IMG/VR virus record: IMGVR_UViG_3300033388_002469
Location: 1 to 24,492 of that record
Strand: one strand, 5' to 3'
Length of the DNA stretch: 24,492 bases
Source of the DNA: a virus
Shown here: piece after piece, positions 10,092 through 17,774 of the stretch
How the letters are laid out: the number at the start of each line of letters is the position of its first letter
Position numbering within the stretch: position 1 is the stretch's first letter
Made by a program: the position numbers and the translations under genes
Notes under the pieces: generated by a model
Told to the model about the DNA's origin: nothing
Databases searched by the model: none
Seen by the model: the letters and a program-made list of their open reading frames with translations, nothing else

Positions 10092-10871
10092 ATGGCAAGC
10101 GCAAGAGAAGATATAGATGCTTTAGTAAGAGCAAAAAGAGATCCTAATGGAAGCGGTTCGAATGTTAAGTGGAACTCATTAGGCCAATACCTTGTTAATG
10201 ATGAGGAATTAGTTGGTATAAGGAATGTTTTAATTGCAAGAAATGAGACTTTCACTGAAGAGTTTTACAATATAGAAAATGAGACCTACTTGGTTTGGAG
10301 TTTTAACGAACAAAAGTTTGTTAACAAAATAACTGGAGAAGATTACTATATTGAAATTCTTATTGATGATTTTGAATCAGGTGATTTTACTGGTGCTCCT
10401 TGGGTTCTTGCTAATGGTGGTGAAAATGATTGGGAAGTCGGAACTGCTGCAGTTGCAGAAGGAACTTATGGAGCTTACATATCGAATGATGGTGGTACCA
10501 GTAATGTTTATTCTTCTATTGGTGGAGGCTTAGATGTTTCTCATTTATACATTGATATTCTAATGCCTAATGCTACAGGTGAATTAATTCTTTCTTTTGA
10601 TTGGAGATCTGAAGCTGAATCTGGGTTTGATTATGCTAATGTTTTTGATGTTACTACCGGAACCACTCCTGTAGCTAATACAGAATTAGGTGCTGGCTTA
10701 GTTGGTCAATCTGAATATAATGATCAATCTACATTTGTAAATGAACAAATATCTTTACCAATAGGTGAAGCTGGTACGACAAGAAGAATAGTTTTTAGTT
10801 GGAGAAATGATAACTTTATAGAGAATCAGCCTCCAATGGCAATTGATAACGTTAAAATACTTTATTTATAA
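10092..10871 (+). CDS. Virion protein with C-terminal ConA/MAM-like adhesin domain
   Basis: 'DDFESGDF...W...NDWEVG.A...G.YGAYISNDGG...SHLY.DI', 'LSFDWRSEAESGFD' and 'RRIVFSWRND...PPMAIDNV' resemble a domain common in Bacteroidota T9SS cargo surface proteins (recognised by eye). Confidence 0.65.
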   Translation: MASAREDIDALVRAKRDPNGSGSNVKWNSLGQYLVNDEELVGIRNVLIARNETFTEEFYNIENETYLVWSFNEQKFVNKITGEDYYIEILIDDFESGDFTGAPWVLANGGENDWEVGTAAVAEGTYGAYISNDGGTSNVYSSIGGGLDVSHLYIDILMPNATGELILSFDWRSEAESGFDYANVFDVTTGTTPVANTELGAGLVGQSEYNDQSTFVNEQISLPIGEAGTTRRIVFSWRNDNFIENQPPMAIDNVKILYL

Positions 10872-11122
10872 TGGAGAAATTCGTAAAAGAAATATCGACT
10901 AACCTATACAGGGAGATTTCTCAATCTGATTATGATGCTAACCCAGATTTGTATTATGATAGAACTGATCGTCCGAAGTATATTTTAGATCATTATATAG
11001 ATGCAGGTGTATCTTATTGGAGAGCTAGAAGACACTGCGTTCTTTTAGCTGACAATGCTACTAACGGTATTAATGACTTTAATGATCAAGACAAAGCTGC
11101 TTTAGGATGGACAGCAGATTAA
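10871..11122 (+). CDS. Hypothetical protein (possibly the N-terminal part of a split gene)
   Basis: 83 aa, TAATG-coupled; the +1 frame is open from 11106 into the next ORF. Confidence 0.6.
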   Translation: MEKFVKEISTNLYREISQSDYDANPDLYYDRTDRPKYILDHYIDAGVSYWRARRHCVLLADNATNGINDFNDQDKAALGWTAD

Positions 11123-11126
11123 TGAG

Positions 11127-11570
11127 ATGAAGTTATTCTTCGAATCCTTCTATGGGATATCTGATATTGAATCGAGTGAAATGTATCTTAAAAGCGCAGC
11201 TTTAAATAGGTCTAATATGGCTGAAGACGCAAGAGAAATAGTATCTTCTCCTAAGTTAATGGAGATTGGAATTAAATACCTCACTGTTGAAATTGCTGGT
11301 GAGCTAGATTCTTCCCAGGCTTTTGATTTAACAGAAGCTATTGGTGGGTATCTTGGTGATTACGAAAGATTTGCTGTGCTCGGTATTGATCATGGTGACG
11401 AACATGAGGGTATTATGGATTATTTTAGATCAACTAACGGTCATTCTGGAGGTGGATTATTAATGTATAACTTAAATCCCGCACTGATAGATCTATATGG
11501 TTCAGAAGAGTCTGTTAGAAACGCAATGATAGCAGAGCTTGATGACTTATATGTAGAAGGAAACATTTAG
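11127..11570 (+). CDS. Hypothetical protein (possibly the C-terminal part of a split gene)
   Basis: 147 aa, protein-like composition; starts 4 nt after the upstream stop. Confidence 0.65.
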   Translation: MKLFFESFYGISDIESSEMYLKSAALNRSNMAEDAREIVSSPKLMEIGIKYLTVEIAGELDSSQAFDLTEAIGGYLGDYERFAVLGIDHGDEHEGIMDYFRSTNGHSGGGLLMYNLNPALIDLYGSEESVRNAMIAELDDLYVEGNI

Positions 11571-11574
11571 AATT

Positions 11575-11889
11575 ATGGCAAGAACAAGAAGACATAACTA
11601 CGATTTGGCTACTTTAGCTGCTAAAATAGTCCCTAATGGTAATGGGGGTTATAAAAATGCTATTATAGGAACTCTAATTATATTTGAAGATTCTGACGGT
11701 AATGAAGTCAAAAAAGAAGTTTTAGATTGGCACTTTAGTTTAGGAACAAGAGAAATACATCTTATATTTACTGATGGTGACAGTGATGTTTGTGTGCTTA
11801 CAAGAAGATATATTGTTGAGATTGAAGACACTTATGAAAGTGTCAAGTCTAAGAAGAAGAGAAGAAGGGCGAAAAAAAATATTTCATAA
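11575..11889 (+). CDS. Hypothetical protein with basic C-terminal tail
   Basis: 104 aa, ends KSKKKRRRAKKNIS. Confidence 0.65.
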   Translation: MARTRRHNYDLATLAAKIVPNGNGGYKNAIIGTLIIFEDSDGNEVKKEVLDWHFSLGTREIHLIFTDGDSDVCVLTRRYIVEIEDTYESVKSKKKRRRAKKNIS

Positions 11890-12050
11890 GTCTAAATTGT
11901 TAAATATTCTTATGCCTTAGATATCAATCATTGATCGGAACGATTAAACCTACTATTTCAGATTTATTTATCTTATCCGGTTGATTTATAAACAGAAGAG
12001 ATTGATGTTTGGGTAGAAGCAACTTTACAACAATACGAAATATAAACAAG

Positions 12051-12281
12051 ATGGATAAATACATAGTGATAAAAGAATCAGAATTAACAAGAAGGTTAGA
12101 AAATTTGTCAGACTCAAAAGAGGTTATGTCAGTGCTTAGAGTGCCGCCTTCAAATGTTTCTCAGGCAATGACAGAGCTATCTTCGATAGATAAAGAGAAC
12201 TGGATTTCTAGCGATACACTGATTCAACCAAAAGGTGAAACAACAGAAATAAGAGTGCCAAAGAAGGCTATAACAGGCTAG
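12051..12281 (+). CDS. Hypothetical protein
   Basis: ATG at 12051 with A-rich leader (tataaacaag) preferred over the TTG at 12009; TAG overlaps the next GTG. Confidence 0.6.
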   Translation: MDKYIVIKESELTRRLENLSDSKEVMSVLRVPPSNVSQAMTELSSIDKENWISSDTLIQPKGETTEIRVPKKAITG

Positions 12282-12658
12282 TGAAAAAGGACAAAACAAT
12301 ATGGGATTATATCATACAGTACACACCTATTTCGGTGTTTTTGGTATGGTACTTCATAGATCTTTATGCTAGAACAATGTCTGAAGAAGAGTATTTATTA
12401 TTTTATTTTAAAGAGGTTGAATGGCTGAAGGTTGGTTTAATTCCCAATGTTTTCTTCATGGCTGTAGCCTTTAGGAATAAACTATGCTACTACAATAAGG
12501 TTTCCATAGGTGGGATGATGCTAATGAATATTAGTACTCTTTTGTTTATTGGTGCCGGAACAGAGGCGGCTTATGATTGGTATTCTATTTTAATAAGTAT
12601 TATAATAACTTCAATTATAGCGTTATTAGCATTAATCCTTTTAATAATAAATATATAA
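12281..12658 (+). CDS. Multi-pass membrane protein, holin candidate
   Basis: GTG start; about four hydrophobic segments; upstream of the endolysin. Confidence 0.55.
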   Translation: MKKDKTIWDYIIQYTPISVFLVWYFIDLYARTMSEEEYLLFYFKEVEWLKVGLIPNVFFMAVAFRNKLCYYNKVSIGGMMLMNISTLLFIGAGTEAAYDWYSILISIIITSIIALLALILLIINI

Positions 12659-13017
12659 TGAGCACAGAAGACATTGAAATCATAATTAGAGCACTTAATA
12701 GTGCTGTCCCAGATAGTTCTAATAATATTCCTATCTATCTTTTGATTTCACTAATACCATTAGCAGCTAGATTTTATAAAAGATATCAGGAAAAATCTAT
12801 TAAGGAGGTTGTCGATTCCAGTAATGAGAAATTCAACAAGATAATAGATCAGCATTCTGAATCAATGGACCAGGTTATTAGAAGTATGGAAATGTATACA
12901 GAGGAGATAGTGGCAATACATGAAAATCATGAAGAGCTAAAAGAAGAAGTTAAGCAAGTAAAAGAAAAAGTTAATAATAATAGTAGTTGGATAGAGAAGA
13001 TAAAAGACAAGTGTTAA
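12658..13017 (+). CDS. Single-TM plus coiled-coil protein, holin/antiholin candidate
   Basis: Start at the TAATG overlap (MSTEDIE...), TM IPIYLLISLIPLAARFY, C-terminal coiled coil. Confidence 0.55.
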   Translation: MSTEDIEIIIRALNSAVPDSSNNIPIYLLISLIPLAARFYKRYQEKSIKEVVDSSNEKFNKIIDQHSESMDQVIRSMEMYTEEIVAIHENHEELKEEVKQVKEKVNNNSSWIEKIKDKC

Positions 13018-13022
13018 AGGAT

Positions 13023-13583
13023 ATGAAAAAAATACCAAATCTCATTGCTGATCTTTTAGTATCAATACTTCTATTCGTATTAGCATTCTTCCCAGCAATC
13101 ATACTAACAGTTTTAATAATACCATTTACTTTTGTGTATTATGCGATCAGGTTTGATAAGTGGAACGAAACTATAAAAAGGTTCTCTAAACACTTACACG
13201 GTATCGCCCTGTCTGCAGATCAATTTGCATGCAAATCACTAGCTCCATTACTTAATATTTCAATGGTTAAGAATAAAACCAGAAAAGCTTATGAGACTGA
13301 CGAGGAAGTTATAGATAGCGAATTGTTGTTCTTACCTTTCGGAGATGAAGATGACACTCTTAGTTATTGTATAGCGGTAAACTATAAAGATGGAACACTT
13401 AGCTCATTTGGAATTTTCTGGGCTAAATTTCTTATATTTATTGATTATAAAGCTAAAAGACAAGGAACCAATCATTTAGACAAAGCTATCTTGAACAAGA
13501 AGCTTAGAGATATTGAGGCTTACGAAAGACTTGAAAGACAGGGTTTTATTGATCAATTAGAAAACGGAACAATTAAAATGTAA
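13023..13583 (+). CDS. Conserved Bacteroidota-phage-type membrane protein
   Basis: N-terminal TM pair, then 'ALSADQ...FGDEDDTLSY...N...GTLS.FG....L..ID....NH', a pattern recalled from Flavobacteriia phage lysis regions. Start could be GTG 13011 or ATG 13023. Confidence 0.6.
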   Translation: MKKIPNLIADLLVSILLFVLAFFPAIILTVLIIPFTFVYYAIRFDKWNETIKRFSKHLHGIALSADQFACKSLAPLLNISMVKNKTRKAYETDEEVIDSELLFLPFGDEDDTLSYCIAVNYKDGTLSSFGIFWAKFLIFIDYKAKRQGTNHLDKAILNKKLRDIEAYERLERQGFIDQLENGTIKM

Positions 13584-14257
13584 TGGCAGAAGCAAAACCA
13601 AATATACCAAGTCCAGAATATCTATCAGAGAGATTCCCTAAGAATTATCCTGTAATACTTTTTGATCCAGGACATGGGGGTATTATTGATGGTGTATACC
13701 AAACAAGCGGAAAGAGATCTCCTAAATGGAAAGATGGAAGGCAATTGTTTGAAGGTGAATTCAATAGAGATATTGTTGAGCGTATAACTATAATGATGGA
13801 TAGACACGGGTTTCCTTGGGTTGATGTTGTTGACACATTGGAAGATAAGCCTCTTCATAAAAGAACTGAAGAAGCTAATGAATTCTATCACAATGTAACA
13901 AAGGATTGTATTCTTTGTTCTGTTCACGCAAATGCCGGCGGGGGAACTGGCCATGAAACATTTACAAGCCCAGGTGTAACTGATTCAGATGCTTTTGCTG
14001 AAGTAATTATTAAGCACCTTGTAGAAGGGTTTCCTGAATTAAGACTTAGAAAAGATACTAAGGATGGGGATAATGACAAGGAAGCTAAGTTCTGGATGGT
14101 CACGAAGACGAATATGCCAGCATTCTTAATTGAATGTGCATTTATGGATACTTTAGATCCTGATTGTGAACTTATGATGTCATCAGATGGGAGACAAAGA
14201 TTTGCGAATGCAATCTTCTTTGGATTAAAGGAGATAATTTTGAACTATAAAAAATAG
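13583..14257 (+). CDS. Endolysin, N-acetylmuramoyl-L-alanine amidase (Amidase_3)
   Basis: Zn/catalytic motifs DPGHGG, EGEFN, SVHANA and LIECAFM are all present; no cell-wall-binding domain. Confidence 0.92.
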   Translation: MAEAKPNIPSPEYLSERFPKNYPVILFDPGHGGIIDGVYQTSGKRSPKWKDGRQLFEGEFNRDIVERITIMMDRHGFPWVDVVDTLEDKPLHKRTEEANEFYHNVTKDCILCSVHANAGGGTGHETFTSPGVTDSDAFAEVIIKHLVEGFPELRLRKDTKDGDNDKEAKFWMVTKTNMPAFLIECAFMDTLDPDCELMMSSDGRQRFANAIFFGLKEIILNYKK

Positions 14258-14259
14258 AT

Positions 14260-14520
14260 ATGCAAGACGGGATGTATAGTCAATTAAGAGTAAAACCAGC
14301 AGAAAATGGCTGGACACTCTGTTGGGAAGAAAAGGTAATGAATCCAATGGCTCCTATGAGTACTTACGGAGATAACTACACTTATCATAGTAAGAAGATG
14401 GTATTCGAGACATCTAAGGACGTATCTATGGAGCAAGCCTTAGATAAGGCAATGGATAAGTACAAGTCATTGTTATTGGCTGATATGCCTTCACAAATGG
14501 ATGAAAAAAAAGGAGCTTAA
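14260..14520 (+). CDS. Hypothetical protein
   Basis: 86 aa with 'VKPAENGWTL' motif; last gene of the + strand block. Confidence 0.65.
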   Translation: MQDGMYSQLRVKPAENGWTLCWEEKVMNPMAPMSTYGDNYTYHSKKMVFETSKDVSMEQALDKAMDKYKSLLLADMPSQMDEKKGA

Positions 14521-14963
14521 AATAGCTCCTCTTCATCATCTTCAACTTTCATTTCTTCTGAGACGGGATCTTCAGAATCAATTTCTTGGAATCTATCATC
14601 TTCAGTCTCTTCGATTTCTTCAACTTCTTCAATTTCTTCTAAGGCCCCGCCTACAGGTTCAGGCATAGAAACTGGAATATCTCCTTTTTCTTGATGCTTA
14701 ACACAAAAGAAATCTAATGATCCATCAACAATAAGGACTAATCCTAATTCAATACAAGTCAAAGACAATCCAGTAATGTTCATTGGTGGCTTGTTGACTT
14801 TAACCATAGGTCTCATATCAGAAAGCTTTCTTTTGTTTAAAGAACAAACTTCTCTAAAGGCTTCTTCAATGTCTCCTGGCTGAGATAAACGACCTTTTAA
14901 GTTGCTTTCTCTGTTGTCGTCCCAGCGTTTTTCGCCTGGAATCTGAATGTTGTAATTGCTCAT
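14517..14963 (-). CDS. Hypothetical protein with highly acidic C-terminal tail
   Basis: 148 aa ending EEIEEVEEIEETEDD...EDDEEELF. Confidence 0.7.
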   Translation of the reverse strand: MSNYNIQIPGEKRWDDNRESNLKGRLSQPGDIEEAFREVCSLNKRKLSDMRPMVKVNKPPMNITGLSLTCIELGLVLIVDGSLDFFCVKHQEKGDIPVSMPEPVGGALEEIEEVEEIEETEDDRFQEIDSEDPVSEEMKVEDDEEELF

Positions 14964-14976
14964 AATTTAATTTTAG

Positions 14977-15051
14977 TCCCACCGGCAGGACTCGAACCTG
15001 CGACACTCGCAATCGGAATTGCAATCCTCTGACCAACTGAGGTACGGCGGG
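14977..15051 (-). tRNA. tRNA-like gene with non-canonical 8-nt anticodon loop (AUUCCGAU); identity undetermined (Arg-CCG or Gly-UCC reading possible); no encoded CCA
   Basis: Minus strand: CCCGCCG-TA-CCTC-AGTTGGTCA-GAGG-A-TTGCA-ATTCCGAT-TGCGA-GTGTC-GCAGG-TTCGAGT-CCTGC-CGGTGGG-A. All four stems pair; GG in the D-loop and TTCGA in the T-loop are present. Confidence 0.9.
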
Positions 15052-15065
15052 CAGCCATTTAATGA

Positions 15066-15647
15066 TTAAAACGGAAGATCATCATCTCCGTCTTCCTCAA
15101 CAGAAACTTCAGCAGATGTTGGTGCTGGTTCTGATTTAGGAACGTTTGAAGTACCACTATTCGGAACTTCTGCTCCAGCATCAACATCATGATGTGAAGA
15201 ACCGCCATCAACAATAACAATTCCATCTTTAACAAGTAGAGCTGGAGTATCATTATCTTGGAATACCTTCCATGAATCATAAGGCTTGTTTCTACCAGTT
15301 TTAGTCTTAGGCTCAACTTTACCAATCCACTTAACCATGATTGAATCACCAGGTTTAACTTTTGTAGGATCAGCTAACATTGAGTTAAGAACTGAAGTTC
15401 CAAAAACCTCATACTCCTTACCTGGCTCCAAATCTTCTGATAAGTGCTCATGGTTTCCACATTCCAAAACTTTGAATTTATGAATTGTGTAAGTATTGCT
15501 TTCGATTGTTGCTTCTCTCGAAGAGATGAAGTGTCCAACAATCCAACTATCTTCAGTTGGTTCCAGAGATACTCTCTCTGCTTTCTTTCCTTTAAAACGA
15601 GGGTCCCACATTGGTAGGAAATCGTTTATGTCTGAGAATCTACTCAT
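15066..15647 (-). CDS. ssb: Single-stranded DNA-binding protein
   Basis: Beta-rich core, flexible linker and acidic tip EEDGDDDLPF; located in the replication operon. Confidence 0.75.
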   Translation of the reverse strand: MSRFSDINDFLPMWDPRFKGKKAERVSLEPTEDSWIVGHFISSREATIESNTYTIHKFKVLECGNHEHLSEDLEPGKEYEVFGTSVLNSMLADPTKVKPGDSIMVKWIGKVEPKTKTGRNKPYDSWKVFQDNDTPALLVKDGIVIVDGGSSHHDVDAGAEVPNSGTSNVPKSEPAPTSAEVSVEEDGDDDLPF

Positions 15648-15675
15648 AATTTACTATTTATTTTAAGTTAATAAT

Positions 15676-15981
15676 TTACTCTTTTTTCTTCTTGAAACGT
15701 GTAACGTCTCCTTTGAAGTTCTTGTTTTTCTCTTTTCGACCAGCCATCACTTCATCAAACACTTCCTGTCTAATTCTTCTGCCAAGCGCATTAGTAATCT
15801 TTTCAAGCTCAGCTACAGCTTTTTTAGCCTTCTTGATGTCAACTACTTTATTATCGTATTCTAAATCAACCAGAGAGTGTGACAACTCAATAGCTTTATT
15901 AGTAACATCTTCAAGGCATATAGCTTGACTATCCTTTACTACCAGGTTTCTTATTTTGTGACTTTTTGCCAGAGTATACAA
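15676..15981 (-). CDS. Hypothetical helical/basic protein
   Basis: 101 aa from a TTG start with A-rich leader, overlapping the upstream gene by 53 nt; start uncertain. Confidence 0.55.
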   Translation of the reverse strand: MYTLAKSHKIRNLVVKDSQAICLEDVTNKAIELSHSLVDLEYDNKVVDIKKAKKAVAELEKITNALGRRIRQEVFDEVMAGRKEKNKNFKGDVTRFKKKKE

Positions 15982-16339
15982 ATTTTTCGTTTAACAATTT
16001 ATTTCTATCAACCTCCTCAATATCTCCTGGGAACACCCTAACTCTAATCTGAGTATTCAACAGATGACCCATCTTTATAATATCCTCAGCTCTCAAGCTT
16101 GAGGTTGATAAAAGCTCTTCAGCTTCTACATACTGTTTTCTTAAAACATTGTGACTAATACCGATCCTTAAAGCTACTTCATATATAGAGACTCCAACCT
16201 CGTTACATCTATCTATAAGATGCTTTCTAATTTCAGTCGAAGAAACAATAGGACACCATCTTGTCGCTCGTTTGGAATGAATCCTAACAAGCTTCCTCAT
16301 GTTATTAACTATTCTTCTGTGCTCTTCCTCTGAGATCAT
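15929..16339 (-). CDS. Putative helix-turn-helix DNA-binding protein (XRE-like)
   Basis: 'GVSIYEVALRIGISHNVLRK' fits an HTH pattern. Confidence 0.55.
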   Translation of the reverse strand: MISEEEHRRIVNNMRKLVRIHSKRATRWCPIVSSTEIRKHLIDRCNEVGVSIYEVALRIGISHNVLRKQYVEAEELLSTSSLRAEDIIKMGHLLNTQIRVRVFPGDIEEVDRNKLLNEKFVYSGKKSQNKKPGSKG

Positions 16340-16610
16340 TTACTTCTTTTTCGAGATCCTTTCGGGCTCCTAATACATGAATAGAGGGAGATCTTTTTCC
16401 TTTCGATTCTCCATGAAAGTACAGAACTGAAATATCTCCAGGAATGTCTTTATGGGTTTTCTTGTCCTCATCTTTTGAGAACGTTCTAATGGACTTAATA
16501 GCCCAAACATCAATCGACTCTTCAAAGATCCCCTCCTTAATGATTGGATCCTTACCTTCTATAGGATTTGGTATCTTAACGTCTACTATCTTATTAATTG
16601 TCATTAACAT
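16305..16610 (-). CDS. Hypothetical protein
   Basis: 101 aa, protein-like, preceded by a promoter-like motif. Confidence 0.65.
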   Translation of the reverse strand: MLMTINKIVDVKIPNPIEGKDPIIKEGIFEESIDVWAIKSIRTFSKDEDKKTHKDIPGDISVLYFHGESKGKRSPSIHVLGARKDLEKEVNDLRGRAQKNS

Positions 16611-16628
16611 CTCTTCGATTTATGAATA

Positions 16629-16659
16629 CAATGATAGTTAAAATTTAGGAGATACCAAC
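16629..16659 (-). promoter_or_regulatory. Bacteroidota-type promoter candidate (GTTG-N19-TATCATTG)
   Basis: Minus strand GTTG GTATCTCCTAAATTTTAAC TATCATTG: 19-nt spacer, one mismatch in each box; lies in the intergenic gap. Confidence 0.5.
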
Positions 16660-16669
16660 TACTTTTAAC

Positions 16670-17401
16670 CTATTTTAATGATTTATATGCTTCTCTCGGA
16701 TTTAGATCCTTGATTTCATCAAACCATTCAGCTGAAGTTTTTACTTTAAACTTGATTTTAGAATCACCAGGCTTAATACCCTTCTTGCTATTTGGCCTGT
16801 GATAAATCATGTCCTCGATATATTCCTGCGGGGTGAAAGTCGTTTTGAAAATATCTGGAACCTTCACTGTTTGGACGTACATAGACCATTTATCGAACAC
16901 CCACTTAAGATTCAATGAAAGAGCTCTCTGCTCGTTCTGATTAACAAACCCTCCTTTTAACTCAATTACAGATGAGTGATATGCTTGACTTGAGGAGATA
17001 AATGGAGGTCTATGCTTAGAAAGATGCATTCCAGAATTAAGTAATGAAAATACAACATCTTTGTATTTAGGATCCCACATGATATTGAAGTCAGGAGTAT
17101 AAACATGCCCTTCGAATAAATGCTTTGGAGAAAACTTGGTTTTAGTCTTCATGATCTCAGTAGAGATATGCTGTCTTTTATCAAATAACTCAATTGACAT
17201 CTCATTCTTATCAGCATCAGTAGCTACTCCAAGTTCAATCATTTCTCTCAAATAGCAAGCGAAGTAATACTCCTCCATGCTATCGAGTGGGCCATCTGGA
17301 TTGCATAGAATCTGATTCCCTTTCTTGATTACACAATTCTCCCTTGTCAATTCGTCAATAGGGATGTTCTTGATTTCTTCTTTTTCTTCGTCTTTATTCA
17401 T
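16670..17401 (-). CDS. PD-(D/E)XK endonuclease (DUF1064 / T7 endonuclease I-like), putative Holliday junction resolvase
   Basis: Motifs LDSMEEYYF, YTPDF and VIELKGG. Confidence 0.7.
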   Translation of the reverse strand: MNKDEEKEEIKNIPIDELTRENCVIKKGNQILCNPDGPLDSMEEYYFACYLREMIELGVATDADKNEMSIELFDKRQHISTEIMKTKTKFSPKHLFEGHVYTPDFNIMWDPKYKDVVFSLLNSGMHLSKHRPPFISSSQAYHSSVIELKGGFVNQNEQRALSLNLKWVFDKWSMYVQTVKVPDIFKTTFTPQEYIEDMIYHRPNSKKGIKPGDSKIKFKVKTSAEWFDEIKDLNPREAYKSLK

Positions 17402-17774
17402 CTTTTTTTATTGTTAGTTCTTTACCTGTCAAAGCAAAGTATAGGTTTTGTAATTGGTGTACGTGTTCAATCTTCTTAGTGTAATAAGACCAGCCTCCGT
17501 GAGAATCATCATCTGAACTTATTACATATTCAAGTAAATCATTCTTTCTGTATTTGCCAACAACATCCATAAGGTGGGGGTTTGTACGACTGCTTAAATC
17601 ATGGAGTTTTAACCCAAACTTAATTAACCACTCTTCTGTTAGTGGTATTGGTTTAATATGATGTTCACCTTCTATCTTTGATAGTCTATGTATCATCATT
17701 GGGTAAACCTCTATGTCTTCACGAGTAAAATCATTACAAACCCAATTTCCTATTCTCAACTCTGTAGCTTTCAT
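17394..17774 (-). CDS. YopX-like phage protein
   Basis: MKATELRIGNWV...PIPLTEEWLIKFG...HVHQLQNLYFALTGKEL, a pattern common in Bacteroidota phages. Confidence 0.75.
   Translation of the reverse strand: MKATELRIGNWVCNDFTREDIEVYPMMIHRLSKIEGEHHIKPIPLTEEWLIKFGLKLHDLSSRTNPHLMDVVGKYRKNDLLEYVISSDDDSHGGWSYYTKKIEHVHQLQNLYFALTGKELTIKKDE

Noticed and set aside
8629-10871. Diversity-generating retroelement targeting the receptor-binding proteins
   Set aside because: No reverse transcriptase and no adenine-mismatched template/variable repeat pair seen in the window.
14977-15051. tRNA as a prophage attachment-site remnant or with an adjacent theta ribozyme
   Set aside because: No integrase or duplicated 3' fragment, genes on both sides are phage-like and co-oriented, and only 13 AT-rich nt follow the tRNA.
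15929-15981. +1 frameshift fusing the HTH gene to the 15676-15981 ORF (ends AAA GGA TAG)
   Set aside because: The downstream ORF has a plausible TTG start with an A-rich leader, and 30-50-nt overlaps recur in this operon. Nothing positively supports recoding.
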